Shown here: positions 20,059 to 29,681 of the stretch, in pieces
How positions within the stretch are numbered: position 1 is the stretch's first letter
Layout of the letters: each line of letters starts with the position of its first letter
Notes under the pieces: model-generated
Seen by the model: the letters and a program-made list of their open reading frames with translations, nothing else
Told to the model about the DNA's origin: nothing
Databases searched by the model: none
Made by a program: the position numbers and the translations under genes
DNA from: Halarcobacter sp.
Lineage (GTDB): Bacteria; Campylobacterota; Campylobacteria; Campylobacterales; Arcobacteraceae
NCBI GenBank assembly: GCA_048571215.1
Contig: CP182352.1
Span: forward strand, 1,120,001-1,184,000
Reading direction: 5' to 3'
Length of the DNA stretch: 64,000 bases

Positions 20059-20445
20059 ATGATAATGATTAAAAAAAATGATTTAAAGATTTTTGTATAT
20101 ATATGGGCAATAATTTTCTTAATGATTGGTGTTTATCCTATACTAAAAGAAGAACCCTTACGATATATTTTTATTATAATATCTATAAGTATGTTTATCA
20201 TATCTTTAGTAAATATAAATTTATATATAAAACCATATAATATTTGGATGAAATTTGGTAAAATTATGAATAAAATTTCAACTTTCATTATAATGTTTAT
20301 TTTATTTTATTTTTTATTTACTCCTATATCTTTAATATTGAAAGTGTTTTCAAAAGATTTATTAAATAAAAAAATAGACTCTACTGTATCATCTTATTGG
20401 ATAAAAAGAGAAGAACAACCTCAATCTATGAAAAAACAATTTTAG
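20059..20445 (+). CDS. SxtJ-family membrane protein
   Basis: KPYNIWMKFGKIM..I....ILFYFLFTP..LILK..SKDLL..K.D...SYWI.R....SMKKQF pattern; next to a carbamoyltransferase. Confidence 0.8.
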   Translation: MIMIKKNDLKIFVYIWAIIFLMIGVYPILKEEPLRYIFIIISISMFIISLVNINLYIKPYNIWMKFGKIMNKISTFIIMFILFYFLFTPISLILKVFSKDLLNKKIDSTVSSYWIKREEQPQSMKKQF

Positions 20446-20454
20446 GATAAATAA

Positions 20455-20598
20455 ATGTTAAAAGAACTTTGGGATTTTATTAAAGTAAGAAAAAAATATT
20501 GGTTAGCACCTATTATATTATTGATGTTATTATTAGGGACTATAATTGTATCTGCAACAGGATCTAGTGTTTCTCCATTTGTTTATGCTTTATTTTAA
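20455..20598 (+). CDS. 47-aa SxtK/DUF5989-family membrane peptide (not in the ORF track)
   Basis: MLKELWDFIKVRKKYWLAPIILLMLLLGTIIVSATGSSVSPFVYALF; AGGA RBS upstream; fills the gap between SxtJ and the carbamoyltransferase. Confidence 0.88.
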   Translation: MLKELWDFIKVRKKYWLAPIILLMLLLGTIIVSATGSSVSPFVYALF

Positions 20599-20607
20599 GA
20601 ATAAGCT

Positions 20608-22494
20608 ATGTATATTTTAGGAATTTCAGCATATTACCATGATAGTGCGGCAGTGCTAATAGATGATGAAAATATTATTGCAGCTGTACAAGAAGAAAGA
20701 TTTACGAGAATAAAGCAAGATGAATCTTTTCCTAAAGAATCTATTAAATATTGTTTAGAAGAAGCAAATATTTCTTTAGAAGATATTGATTATATAGCTT
20801 TTTATGATAAACCTTTTATAAAATTTGAGAGATTATTAGAAACCTATCTTAATGAAGCACCTAAAGGCTTCAAATCCTTTTTTAAATCTATGCCTATTTG
20901 GTTAAAAGATAAATTATTTTTAAAAGATACTTTGGCTAATGAATTTAAAGATTTATTAGAAAGTTTGAAACCACAGCTTAAAGATAAAGAATTAAAGTTA
21001 TTTAAAAAAAATATATTAACTAAAATAAGATTTAGTGAACACCATCAAAGTCATGCATCAAGTGCATTTTATCCAAGTAGTTTTGAAAATGCTGCAATAT
21101 TAACAATAGATGGAGTAGGTGAATGGACTACTACATCTTTAGCTTATGGAAATGGAAACAAAATTACATTTTTAAATGAAATTAATTTTCCCCATTCTTT
21201 AGGATTATTATATTCAGCGTTTACTTATTATTTAGGATTTAAAGTAAATAGTGGTGAATATAAAGTTATGGGATTAGCACCATATGGAAAACCAATTTAT
21301 GTAGATATCATAAAAAGTAAATTAATAGATATAAAAGAGGATGGATCCTTTAGACTTGATATGAGTTATTTTAATTATACAACTGGTTTGACAATGACAA
21401 ATAGTAAATTTCATAATCTTTTTGGAGGTAAACCTAGAGAAAAAGAAGGAACCTTAACTCAAAAAGAAATGGATTTGGCAGCTTCAATTCAAGCAATTAC
21501 AGAAGAAATAATGATAAAACTTGCAAAATATGCAAAAGAAATAACAGGTAGCAATAATTTGTGTTTAGCTGGGGGAGTAGCTTTAAACTGTGTTGGTAAT
21601 GGGAAAATATATAAGGAAAAGATTTTTGAAAATATATGGATACAACCAGCCTCTGGTGACGCAGGTGGAGCATTAGGGGCTGCATATTGTTTATATTTTC
21701 AAGAATTTGATAATTTAAGAAAAATAGAAAGTAATAAAATTGATAAAATGCAAGGTTCCTATCTTGGACCTAAATACTCAAATGAATATATAAAAAACTT
21801 TTTAGATAGTGAAGGTGCAAAATACGAATTTATAGAAAATGAAGAATCATTATTATCAATAGTTGCACAAGAACTTGTCAACGGAAAAGTTGTTGGTTGG
21901 CATCAAGGTAGAATGGAATATGGACCTAGATCTTTAGGAAATAGAAGTATTATAGGAGATCCTCAAAATATTGATATGCAAACTACAATGAATATGAAGA
22001 TTAAGTTTAGAGAAAGCTTTAGACCATTTGCACCATCGGTAATAAAAGAAAAAGTAGATAAATGGTTTGATATAAAAGATGAATCTCCATATATGTTATT
22101 GGTTAGTGATGTTAGAGATGATAAACGATTATCATTATGTGATACGGAAAAAAATTTAGAAGGTATAGAAAAACTAAAACAAAAACGAAGTGAAATACCT
22201 GCAGTAACACATATTGATTATTCTGCAAGAGTTCAAACAGTTGATAAAAATACCAATAAAAGATATTATCATTTATTAAGTAAGTTTGATAGTTTAACCT
22301 CTTGTCCTATTTTGGTTAATACATCATTTAATGTACGAGGTGAGCCTATTGTCTGTTCTCCTAAAGATAGTTATATATGTTTTATGCGTACTGGAATTGA
22401 TATATTAGTTTTGGAAGACTTTATATTATATAAAACTGAACAAAATGCCAATGATTATGATGATAACTGGAAAGAGACTTTTGAGCTTGATTAG
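20608..22494 (+). CDS. O-carbamoyltransferase (NodU/CmcH/SxtI family)
   Basis: ILGISAYYHDSAA, QEERFTRIK, EHHQSHA, GEYKVMGLAPYG, AGGVALNC, EYGPRSLGNRS, FRPFAP, NTSFNVRGEPIV. Confidence 0.97.
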   Translation: MYILGISAYYHDSAAVLIDDENIIAAVQEERFTRIKQDESFPKESIKYCLEEANISLEDIDYIAFYDKPFIKFERLLETYLNEAPKGFKSFFKSMPIWLKDKLFLKDTLANEFKDLLESLKPQLKDKELKLFKKNILTKIRFSEHHQSHASSAFYPSSFENAAILTIDGVGEWTTTSLAYGNGNKITFLNEINFPHSLGLLYSAFTYYLGFKVNSGEYKVMGLAPYGKPIYVDIIKSKLIDIKEDGSFRLDMSYFNYTTGLTMTNSKFHNLFGGKPREKEGTLTQKEMDLAASIQAITEEIMIKLAKYAKEITGSNNLCLAGGVALNCVGNGKIYKEKIFENIWIQPASGDAGGALGAAYCLYFQEFDNLRKIESNKIDKMQGSYLGPKYSNEYIKNFLDSEGAKYEFIENEESLLSIVAQELVNGKVVGWHQGRMEYGPRSLGNRSIIGDPQNIDMQTTMNMKIKFRESFRPFAPSVIKEKVDKWFDIKDESPYMLLVSDVRDDKRLSLCDTEKNLEGIEKLKQKRSEIPAVTHIDYSARVQTVDKNTNKRYYHLLSKFDSLTSCPILVNTSFNVRGEPIVCSPKDSYICFMRTGIDILVLEDFILYKTEQNANDYDDNWKETFELD

Positions 22495-22516
22495 ACTTAA
22501 ATTAAGAAAATAGATC

Positions 22517-23389
22517 ATGAAAATTATAATTACAGGAGCTAGCGGTTTTTTAGGAAGTTATCTTTTAAAATCATTTGTAAATAGTAGGCATGAAGTAATA
22601 GCTTTAAAAAGAATTACTTCAACTACTTACAGAATTGAAAGTTACTTAGAAAAAGTAACATTGTATGATATTGATAAAGTTAATTTAGAAGATATTTTTA
22701 AAAATCATAAAATAGATATAGTTATAAATACAGTTACAAACTATGGAAGAAAAGATTCAAAAGTATCTTCAATAGTAGACACAAATTTAATCTTTGGATT
22801 AAAGCTTTTAGAAGAGTGTGTAAACAATAATGTAAAAGCATTTATTAATACAGATACATCACTTGATAGAAATATCAATGCGTATGCTCTTTCTAAATCT
22901 CAATTAGTAGATTGGATGAAGTTTTTATCTAACAAAAATACTAAAATAATAAATATAAAAATAGAGTATATGTATGGACCTCTTGATGATGAAAATAAAT
23001 TTATTTATTGGTTAATTAATCAATTAAAACAAAATGTAAAAAAAATAGATTTAACATCGGGTATTCAAAAAAGAGATTTTATTTACATTGATGATATTGT
23101 AAGTGCATATGAAATTATTGTTAAAAACATAGATTCATTTCCAAATGATGAGGAGTTTGAACTTGGAAGTGGTAATTCAATAGAAGTTAAAAAATTTATA
23201 GAATTAATAGTTGAAGAATTACAAACAAAAATTAAAATAGATACGAATTTAAACTTTGGTGCAATTTCATATAGAAATAATGAGAATATGGAAATGAAAG
23301 CAAATATAAAAAAATTAAATGAACTTGGATGGAAATCTGAAGTTTCTTTAAGAAATGGAATAAAAAATATAATTGACAAGAAGAATTAA
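22517..23389 (+). CDS. NAD-dependent sugar reductase/epimerase, probable CDP-3,6-dideoxyhexose synthase (paratose/abequose synthase-like)
   Basis: TGASGFLG, YALSK, QKRDFIYIDD; next to rfbH. Confidence 0.75.
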   Translation: MKIIITGASGFLGSYLLKSFVNSRHEVIALKRITSTTYRIESYLEKVTLYDIDKVNLEDIFKNHKIDIVINTVTNYGRKDSKVSSIVDTNLIFGLKLLEECVNNNVKAFINTDTSLDRNINAYALSKSQLVDWMKFLSNKNTKIINIKIEYMYGPLDDENKFIYWLINQLKQNVKKIDLTSGIQKRDFIYIDDIVSAYEIIVKNIDSFPNDEEFELGSGNSIEVKKFIELIVEELQTKIKIDTNLNFGAISYRNNENMEMKANIKKLNELGWKSEVSLRNGIKNIIDKKN

Positions 23390-23390
23390 T

Positions 23391-24722
23391 ATGATAAAAC
23401 AAGAACAATTAAAGCAAGAGATATTACAAAAAACAAAAGAGTATTATGAATTAGTACATAAGCCACAACAAACAAAAAAGTTTGTCGAAGGTCAAAGTAG
23501 AGTTAATTATGCTGGTCGAGTATTTGATGAAACTGAGATGCAATATCTTGTGGATAGTTCATTGGATTTTTGGTTAACATTTGGAGACTATTCTAAAAAA
23601 TTTGAAAAAGGTTTAGCAAAATATTTAGGAGTTAGATATGTATTTTTAGTTAATTCTGGAAGTTCTGCTAATCTACTTGCTTTTTATGCTTTAACTTCAC
23701 CACTTCTAAAAGAGAGACAAATAAAAAGAGGTGATGAAGTAATAACTGTTGCAGCTGGTTTCCCTACTACTGTAGCTCCTATTGTTCAATATGGAGCAGT
23801 TCCTGTATTTTTAGATATGGAATTAGAGTGTGCAAATATAGATGTATCTAAATTAGAATCAGCACTTAGTCCTAAAACAAAAGCTATCATGATTGCACAT
23901 ACTTTAGGAAATCCATTTGATTTAAGAGCTGTGAAAGACTTCTGTGATAAACATAATCTTTGGCTTATTGAAGATAACTGTGATGCTTTAGGTTCTTTAT
24001 ATGAAGGGAAACCAACTGGAACTTGGGGAGATATTGGTACAAGTTCATTTTATCCTCCTCATCACATGACAATGGGTGAAGGTGGAGCTACATATACAAG
24101 TAATCCTCTACTTAAAAAAATCATGCTTTCAATGAGAGATTGGGGAAGAGATTGTTGGTGTGAAAGTGGAATAGATAATACTTGTGGATGTAGATTTTCG
24201 CAAACATTTGGAACTCTACCAAAAGGATATGACCATAAATATGTTTATTCTCACTTTGGTTTTAACTTAAAAGTATCAGATATGCAAGCAGCGGTAGGTG
24301 TAGCTCAACTTGAAAAGTTTCCTACATTTGTAGAAAAAAGAAAAGAAAACCAAAAGAAACTATATGATGGATTAAAAGATTTAGAACAACTTCAATTAGT
24401 TGAAACTCAACCAAACTCAGATCCAAGTTGGTTTGGATTTATGATGACATTAACAGATAAAGCAAAATTTACAAGAAATGAACTTGTAGAATTTTTAGAA
24501 GCGAATAAAATCCAAACAAGAAATTTATTTGCTGGAAATATGACAAGACATCCTATGTTTGATTCATTAGAACTAAATAAAAATTATAGAATAGTAGGTG
24601 ATTTAACTGTAACTGATAAGATTATGAATGATAGTTTTTGGATTGGATTATATCCAGGAATGGATGATGATGCTATTAATTATATGATTAAAAAAATTAG
24701 AGAGTTTGTAGAAAGTAAATAA
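23391..24722 (+). CDS. rfbH: CDP-4-keto-6-deoxy-D-glucose 3-dehydrase (RfbH/DdhC)
   Basis: VNSGSSANLLA, EDNCDALG, SFYPPHHMTMGEGG, RDWGRDCWC..DNTC, YDHKYVYSH; start taken at the ATG of MIKQEQ. Confidence 0.95.
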   Translation: MIKQEQLKQEILQKTKEYYELVHKPQQTKKFVEGQSRVNYAGRVFDETEMQYLVDSSLDFWLTFGDYSKKFEKGLAKYLGVRYVFLVNSGSSANLLAFYALTSPLLKERQIKRGDEVITVAAGFPTTVAPIVQYGAVPVFLDMELECANIDVSKLESALSPKTKAIMIAHTLGNPFDLRAVKDFCDKHNLWLIEDNCDALGSLYEGKPTGTWGDIGTSSFYPPHHMTMGEGGATYTSNPLLKKIMLSMRDWGRDCWCESGIDNTCGCRFSQTFGTLPKGYDHKYVYSHFGFNLKVSDMQAAVGVAQLEKFPTFVEKRKENQKKLYDGLKDLEQLQLVETQPNSDPSWFGFMMTLTDKAKFTRNELVEFLEANKIQTRNLFAGNMTRHPMFDSLELNKNYRIVGDLTVTDKIMNDSFWIGLYPGMDDDAINYMIKKIREFVESK

Positions 24723-24732
24723 GGGTAATAAA

Positions 24733-25641
24733 ATGGCTTTAAAAAATAAACCAAATTTTTTGATAGTCGGTGCTGCAAAATGCGGAACGACTTCTCTTTT
24801 TCACTATCTTAATAAACATCCTGATATTTATATACCTGAGGTGAAAGAGTGTAGATTTTTTTCTCAACTTCCAAAAAACTTCAATGGCTTAGGTGCAGAA
24901 TCTTTTGTAAATACTGGAATAACTGATGAAAAGGAATATTTCAGTTTATTTGATAATCAAAATCAGAATTGTGGAGATATTTCAAATGATTATTTATATT
25001 ATTACGAAGAATCAATAAAAAATATTAAAAAATACTTAGATGATGATGTGAAAATAATAATACTAAGAAATCCTGTAGATAGAGCATATTCTAATTATAT
25101 GCATGCTGTTCGTGATGGCTGGGAAAATCTTACTTTTGAAGATGCTATAATAGAAGAAGAAAAGAGAATTAATGATAATTGGGGATGGCCTTATTATTAT
25201 ATAAAAGTTGGATTTTATTTTGAACAAGTTAAAGCTTATCTTGATAGTTTTAAAAATGTAAAAGTTTATTTATTTGATGATTTAAAAAATAAAAATGAGT
25301 TTTTAAATGATTTGTATGAATTTTTAGAAGTTGAACAAATAGAAAGCTTAGAAGACGACAAAGAGTATAATGTATCTGGATACCCTAAGAATAAGTTTAT
25401 TCATAATTTTTTGAATAAAGATAGTAAATTAAAAAGTTTTATAAAGCCAATTGTGAAATTAATAATTTCTAAAGAAAAAAGGCAACAAGTAATTCAAAAT
25501 CTAAAAAATAACAATTTAGAAAAAAGAAAAATGTTAAAAAATTCTAGAATTAACTTAATAGATATTTATAAAGATGATATTAATAATTTAAGTGGTTTAA
25601 TTAATAAAGATTTAAGTCATTGGATAAAACATGAAGTGTAA
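24733..25641 (+). CDS. PAPS-dependent sulfotransferase
   Basis: 5'-PSB motif GAAKCGTTSL; 3'-PB motif LRNPVDRAYSNY. Confidence 0.92.
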   Translation: MALKNKPNFLIVGAAKCGTTSLFHYLNKHPDIYIPEVKECRFFSQLPKNFNGLGAESFVNTGITDEKEYFSLFDNQNQNCGDISNDYLYYYEESIKNIKKYLDDDVKIIILRNPVDRAYSNYMHAVRDGWENLTFEDAIIEEEKRINDNWGWPYYYIKVGFYFEQVKAYLDSFKNVKVYLFDDLKNKNEFLNDLYEFLEVEQIESLEDDKEYNVSGYPKNKFIHNFLNKDSKLKSFIKPIVKLIISKEKRQQVIQNLKNNNLEKRKMLKNSRINLIDIYKDDINNLSGLINKDLSHWIKHEV

Positions 25642-26395
25642 AGTTTGTGAAACAAATAATGATGTATTATTTACTGCAAAAGTTTTAAAAAAGTATGATG
25701 TTAAATATTACCATTGTAAAAGTTGTGGTTTTCTGCAAACAGAAGAACCTTATTGGTTAGAGGAAGCTTATAATGAATCAATAAATATTTCTGATACAGG
25801 TATAATGAATAGAAATTTATTTTTATCTCAAAGTGTAACTAATATTATAAATGTATTTTTTAACAAAAATGATAAATTTTTGGATTATGCAGGAGGATAT
25901 GGAATTTTTGTAAGACTTATGAGAGATATTGGTTTTGATTTTTATTGGAATGATAAATATAGTAAAAATTTAGTAGCTAGAAAATTTGAATTTAACGAAA
26001 AAGACAGTTATAGTCTACTTACTTCTTTTGAATCATTTGAACATTTCGATAAACCTATTCTTGAGATAGAGGATATGCTGAAGATATCTAAAAGTATATT
26101 ATTCTCAACTGAATTATGTGAAGATAACCCTCCTAAACCAGATGACTGGAGATACTATGGATTAAATCATGGTCAACATATTTCATTTTATAGTATAAAA
26201 ACACTAAAATATATTGCAAAAAAGTATAATTTAAATTTATACTCTTATAGAAGCTCATTACATTTATTAACTGATAAAAAAATCAACAATTACTTTTTTT
26301 CATTGATTTTAAAATTAAATAGATTAGGTTTATTTTATTTTTTAAGAAAATTGAATAATTCTAAAACAATAAAGGATTGGGAATTACTTAGATGA
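25631..26395 (+). CDS. Class I SAM-dependent methyltransferase with N-terminal Cys cluster
   Basis: CKVC..CKSCG; FLDYAGGYG; SFESFEH; GQHISFY. Confidence 0.88.
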   Translation: MKCKVCETNNDVLFTAKVLKKYDVKYYHCKSCGFLQTEEPYWLEEAYNESINISDTGIMNRNLFLSQSVTNIINVFFNKNDKFLDYAGGYGIFVRLMRDIGFDFYWNDKYSKNLVARKFEFNEKDSYSLLTSFESFEHFDKPILEIEDMLKISKSILFSTELCEDNPPKPDDWRYYGLNHGQHISFYSIKTLKYIAKKYNLNLYSYRSSLHLLTDKKINNYFFSLILKLNRLGLFYFLRKLNNSKTIKDWELLR

Positions 26396-27056
26396 TTTCA
26401 AAAATCAAAATACTTACAAGGTTTATTATTTATTTATAGATTTATTTATAAAACCATCAAAGAATATTAAGCCAAAATCTATTTTGATTGTACGTTTAGA
26501 TGCAATTGGAGATTATGTACTTTTTAGATACTATATAGAAATAGTTAAGAAAAGTGAAAAATATAAGGATTATTCAATTACACTTCTTGGGAATATATCT
26601 TGGAAAAGTATTAGCAACGAGCTAGATAAAGAAATTATAGATGAGTTTTTATGGTTAGATAGAAATAAATTTATAAAAGACTTTAAATATAGATATACTA
26701 AGCTTCAAGAAATCACGTCTAAAGAGTATGAAGTATTACTAAATCCAGTATATAGTAGAGAATTTTTTCTTGGCGATAGTATATCAAAATTAGTTTGTGC
26801 TAAAGAAAAAATTGCAAGTAAAGGAGATTTGTCAAATATAGAAAAGTGGCAAAAAGACTTAACTGATAATTATTTTACTAACTTAATAGAGGCAAAAAAT
26901 GATGTATTATTTGAGTTTGATAGAAATAAAGAATTTTTTGAAAATTTATTTGATATAAATTTAGATATAATAAAACCATATATTGAATTAAAAGATAAAA
27001 ATTTAGGATTTAGTCTTCCAAAAAACTATGTTGTATTTTTTATAGGAGCCAGTGCA
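26392..27056 (+). pseudogene. Glycosyltransferase family 9 pseudogene (5' frameshift, 3' truncated)
   Basis: MISKIKILTRFIIYL* then frameshift to IVRLDAIGDY; paralogue of 34499-35650; similarity ends at FIGAS. Confidence 0.85.
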
Positions 27057-27355
27057 TTTCAACTGTTTACTCCTTTGTATCTCCATATAGAGAATCTTGA
27101 AAAGCTATTAGAGAAATGGTTAAAAATAATATAGTTATTTACCTAAAAACTCATATAGAAACTTGTAAGAGTAGAGATTATAAAGGTGTATATGAAAAAG
27201 CACTAAAAGGTGAACTTCAAAACTTTACAGGTATAAATGATATATATGAAGAACCACAACATGCAGAAATAGTTATAGATACAACAAAAACATCAATTGA
27301 TGAAGCAGTTGAAAGAATAGTAAAATTTGTAAAAAAAGAGTTTGTAAGTAGATGA
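27057..27355 (+). pseudogene. cysC: Adenylylsulfate kinase 3' fragment
   Basis: SFVSPYRES*KAIREMVK...CKSRDYKGVYEKALKGELQNFTGINDIYEEP; P-loop half missing. Confidence 0.85.
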
Positions 27356-28656
27356 TAAATAAAATTAATACTTTTAAAAATAATGAAGGTGCCATGAAAT
27401 ACTTTAAAAATACAACATGGCTTATTATTGAAAAAATATTTCGTTTGGTTGTAGGTTTTTTAGTTGGAGTTTGGGTTGCAAGATATTTAGGACCTGAACA
27501 ATTTGGTCTATTTTCGTATGCGCAAAGTTTTGTAGGACTTTTTATTGCCATTTCTTCATTTGGACTTGATAATATTGTAGTACGAGAGTTATTAAAAGAT
27601 GGAGGTAATAAAGATGAAATTGTTACAACAGTCTTTATACTAAAACTTATTGGGGCCTTTTTTGTATTGATTTTTCTTGCTATTACTGTTAATTTTACAT
27701 CTAATGATGATTATACTAATGTATTAATATTTATAATTGCATCTGCAATTATATTTCAATCTTTTAATGTAATAGATTTTTATTTTCAAAGTAAAGTTTT
27801 AAGTAAATATATAGTTTTTGCAAATATAATTTCTCTTTTAATTAGTAGTCTTACAAAAATATTATTTATTTTCTATGAATTTCCCTTAATATATTTTGCA
27901 GGAGTAGTACTTTTTGATAGTATGATATTAGCTTTAGGATATATCTATTTTTATATTAAACATAATAAATTTATTAAAATTAATAATCTTAAATTTAATA
28001 AAAATACAGCTATTTTACTTCTTAAAGATAGTTGGCCTTTAATGCTTAGTGGTTTAATTATATCAATTTATATGAAAATAGATCAAGTAATGATAAAAGA
28101 AATACTAGGAAATGAGGCAGTTGGACAATATTCAGCAGCAGTAAGACTTAGCGAAACATGGTATTTTATACCTTCTGTAATAGCTGCCTCTTTATTTCCT
28201 GCTATCGTAAGTGCTAAAAAACAAAATGAAGAATTTTACATTGCAAGACTTCAAAAACTTTATAATTTTATGGTGTGGCTTGCTATTCCTATAACTTTAT
28301 TCATAACATTTTCAGCTGATTGGCTTATTACTATTCTTTATGGACATGTATATAGAGAAGCGGGAGGTGTTTTAGTAATTCATATTTGGACAAGTGTATT
28401 CGTATTTATAGGTGTAGTTTTTGCTAAATATTTAACTATAGAAAATTGGACAAAAAAATCATTTTACAGGACATTGTATGGTGCAATTATTAATATAATA
28501 CTAAATTATATATTAATCCCTATATATGGCATTTATGGTGCAGCTATTGCGACATTAATTGCCCAAATAGTCACTAATTATTTATATGATATTTTTGATA
28601 AAGACTTACACAAAAGTTTTTATATGAAAACTAAAAGTTTATTGTTAATAAGTTAA
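27352..28656 (+). CDS. wzx: Wzx-type polysaccharide flippase
   Basis: ARYLGPEQFG, FGLD.IVVREL, YMKIDQVMI, VGQYSAAVRL, LIP.YGIYGAAIAT; many TMs. Confidence 0.92.
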   Translation: MINKINTFKNNEGAMKYFKNTTWLIIEKIFRLVVGFLVGVWVARYLGPEQFGLFSYAQSFVGLFIAISSFGLDNIVVRELLKDGGNKDEIVTTVFILKLIGAFFVLIFLAITVNFTSNDDYTNVLIFIIASAIIFQSFNVIDFYFQSKVLSKYIVFANIISLLISSLTKILFIFYEFPLIYFAGVVLFDSMILALGYIYFYIKHNKFIKINNLKFNKNTAILLLKDSWPLMLSGLIISIYMKIDQVMIKEILGNEAVGQYSAAVRLSETWYFIPSVIAASLFPAIVSAKKQNEEFYIARLQKLYNFMVWLAIPITLFITFSADWLITILYGHVYREAGGVLVIHIWTSVFVFIGVVFAKYLTIENWTKKSFYRTLYGAIINIILNYILIPIYGIYGAAIATLIAQIVTNYLYDIFDKDLHKSFYMKTKSLLLIS

Positions 28657-28679
28657 ACATAGATAGAAAAAGGGTAATA

Positions 28680-29681
28680 ATGATTGTAAGTATATGTATA
28701 CCAACACTAAATAGATCTAAATATTTAGAAATAGCATTAAAATCAATATTTTCATTGAAACATAATCAAGATAATTTTCAAATATGTATATCAAATAATA
28801 ATTCAGATGAAGATTATACAAATATTGAAAATTTAATAACTAAGAATAGTAAAGAATGGAAAATAAAATATAAAAAACATGATAAAAGATTAGAGTTAGA
28901 TAATAATATACAATATGTAACTTCTATGGCAGAGGGGGAATATGTATACTATTTAGGAGATGATGATTTATTTATTACAGAAGATTTAATAAAATTATTG
29001 AATTTACTTCAAAAAGAAAAACCAGATTTATTAGTTTTTAATTCAAATGTTATAAATAAAGATGGAGAAATAATTTCTATTTGTAATAATTTTGAATTAA
29101 AAAAATATACCAATGCTTTTGACGCATTTAAAGATTTGCAAACAAAATGTACATTTGGTTCTATATTAGTAAAAAGAGTGCATTTAGATCTTGAAGAGTT
29201 TAAAAGATATTATGGTTCATCACATGCATATGGATATGTATATTGGATAAAGTTTTTGAATGAAGATAAAAAATACAATATAGTTGTACCAGACTTCCCA
29301 TGTTCATGCATAAGAGCTGCAGAGAAGAATTATAATTTTATTAAAGTTTGGTATAGAGATATACCATTTGGATTATCTATTTATTTTAGATATCTTGAAG
29401 CACCAGAAAATAAATTATATGTCTACAATGTATTAAAAAAAATCAAAAAGTATATTTTTAGTGTGAAGTTTATTGCACGAGAATTATATAATGGCGCTAA
29501 ACGAAATGATTTTTATGTTATAAATCCAGTTTTTACAAATTCTATTAGATTTAATTTAAATTATTTAATTGCATTTTTTATTGTAAAGGTTAAGATTTAT
29601 ACATTTTTAAAAAAGATTAAAATAAAGGTAAAAAATGAAAGTTGTATTACTAGCAGGTGGATTAGGAACAAGAATAAGTGA
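28680..29681 (+). CDS. Glycosyltransferase family 2 (possible dideoxyhexose transferase)
   Basis: SICIPTLNRSKYL, ISNNNS.ED, YLGDDD. Confidence 0.85.
   Translation: MIVSICIPTLNRSKYLEIALKSIFSLKHNQDNFQICISNNNSDEDYTNIENLITKNSKEWKIKYKKHDKRLELDNNIQYVTSMAEGEYVYYLGDDDLFITEDLIKLLNLLQKEKPDLLVFNSNVINKDGEIISICNNFELKKYTNAFDAFKDLQTKCTFGSILVKRVHLDLEEFKRYYGSSHAYGYVYWIKFLNEDKKYNIVVPDFPCSCIRAAEKNYNFIKVWYRDIPFGLSIYFRYLEAPENKLYVYNVLKKIKKYIFSVKFIARELYNGAKRNDFYVINPVFTNSIRFNLNYLIAFFIVKVKIYTFLKKIKIKVKNESCITSRWIRNKNK

Noticed and set aside
20059..22494. Saxitoxin biosynthesis cluster
   Set aside because: Only sxtI/J/K-like genes are present; no sxtA, sxtG or other core genes, and the context is glycan synthesis
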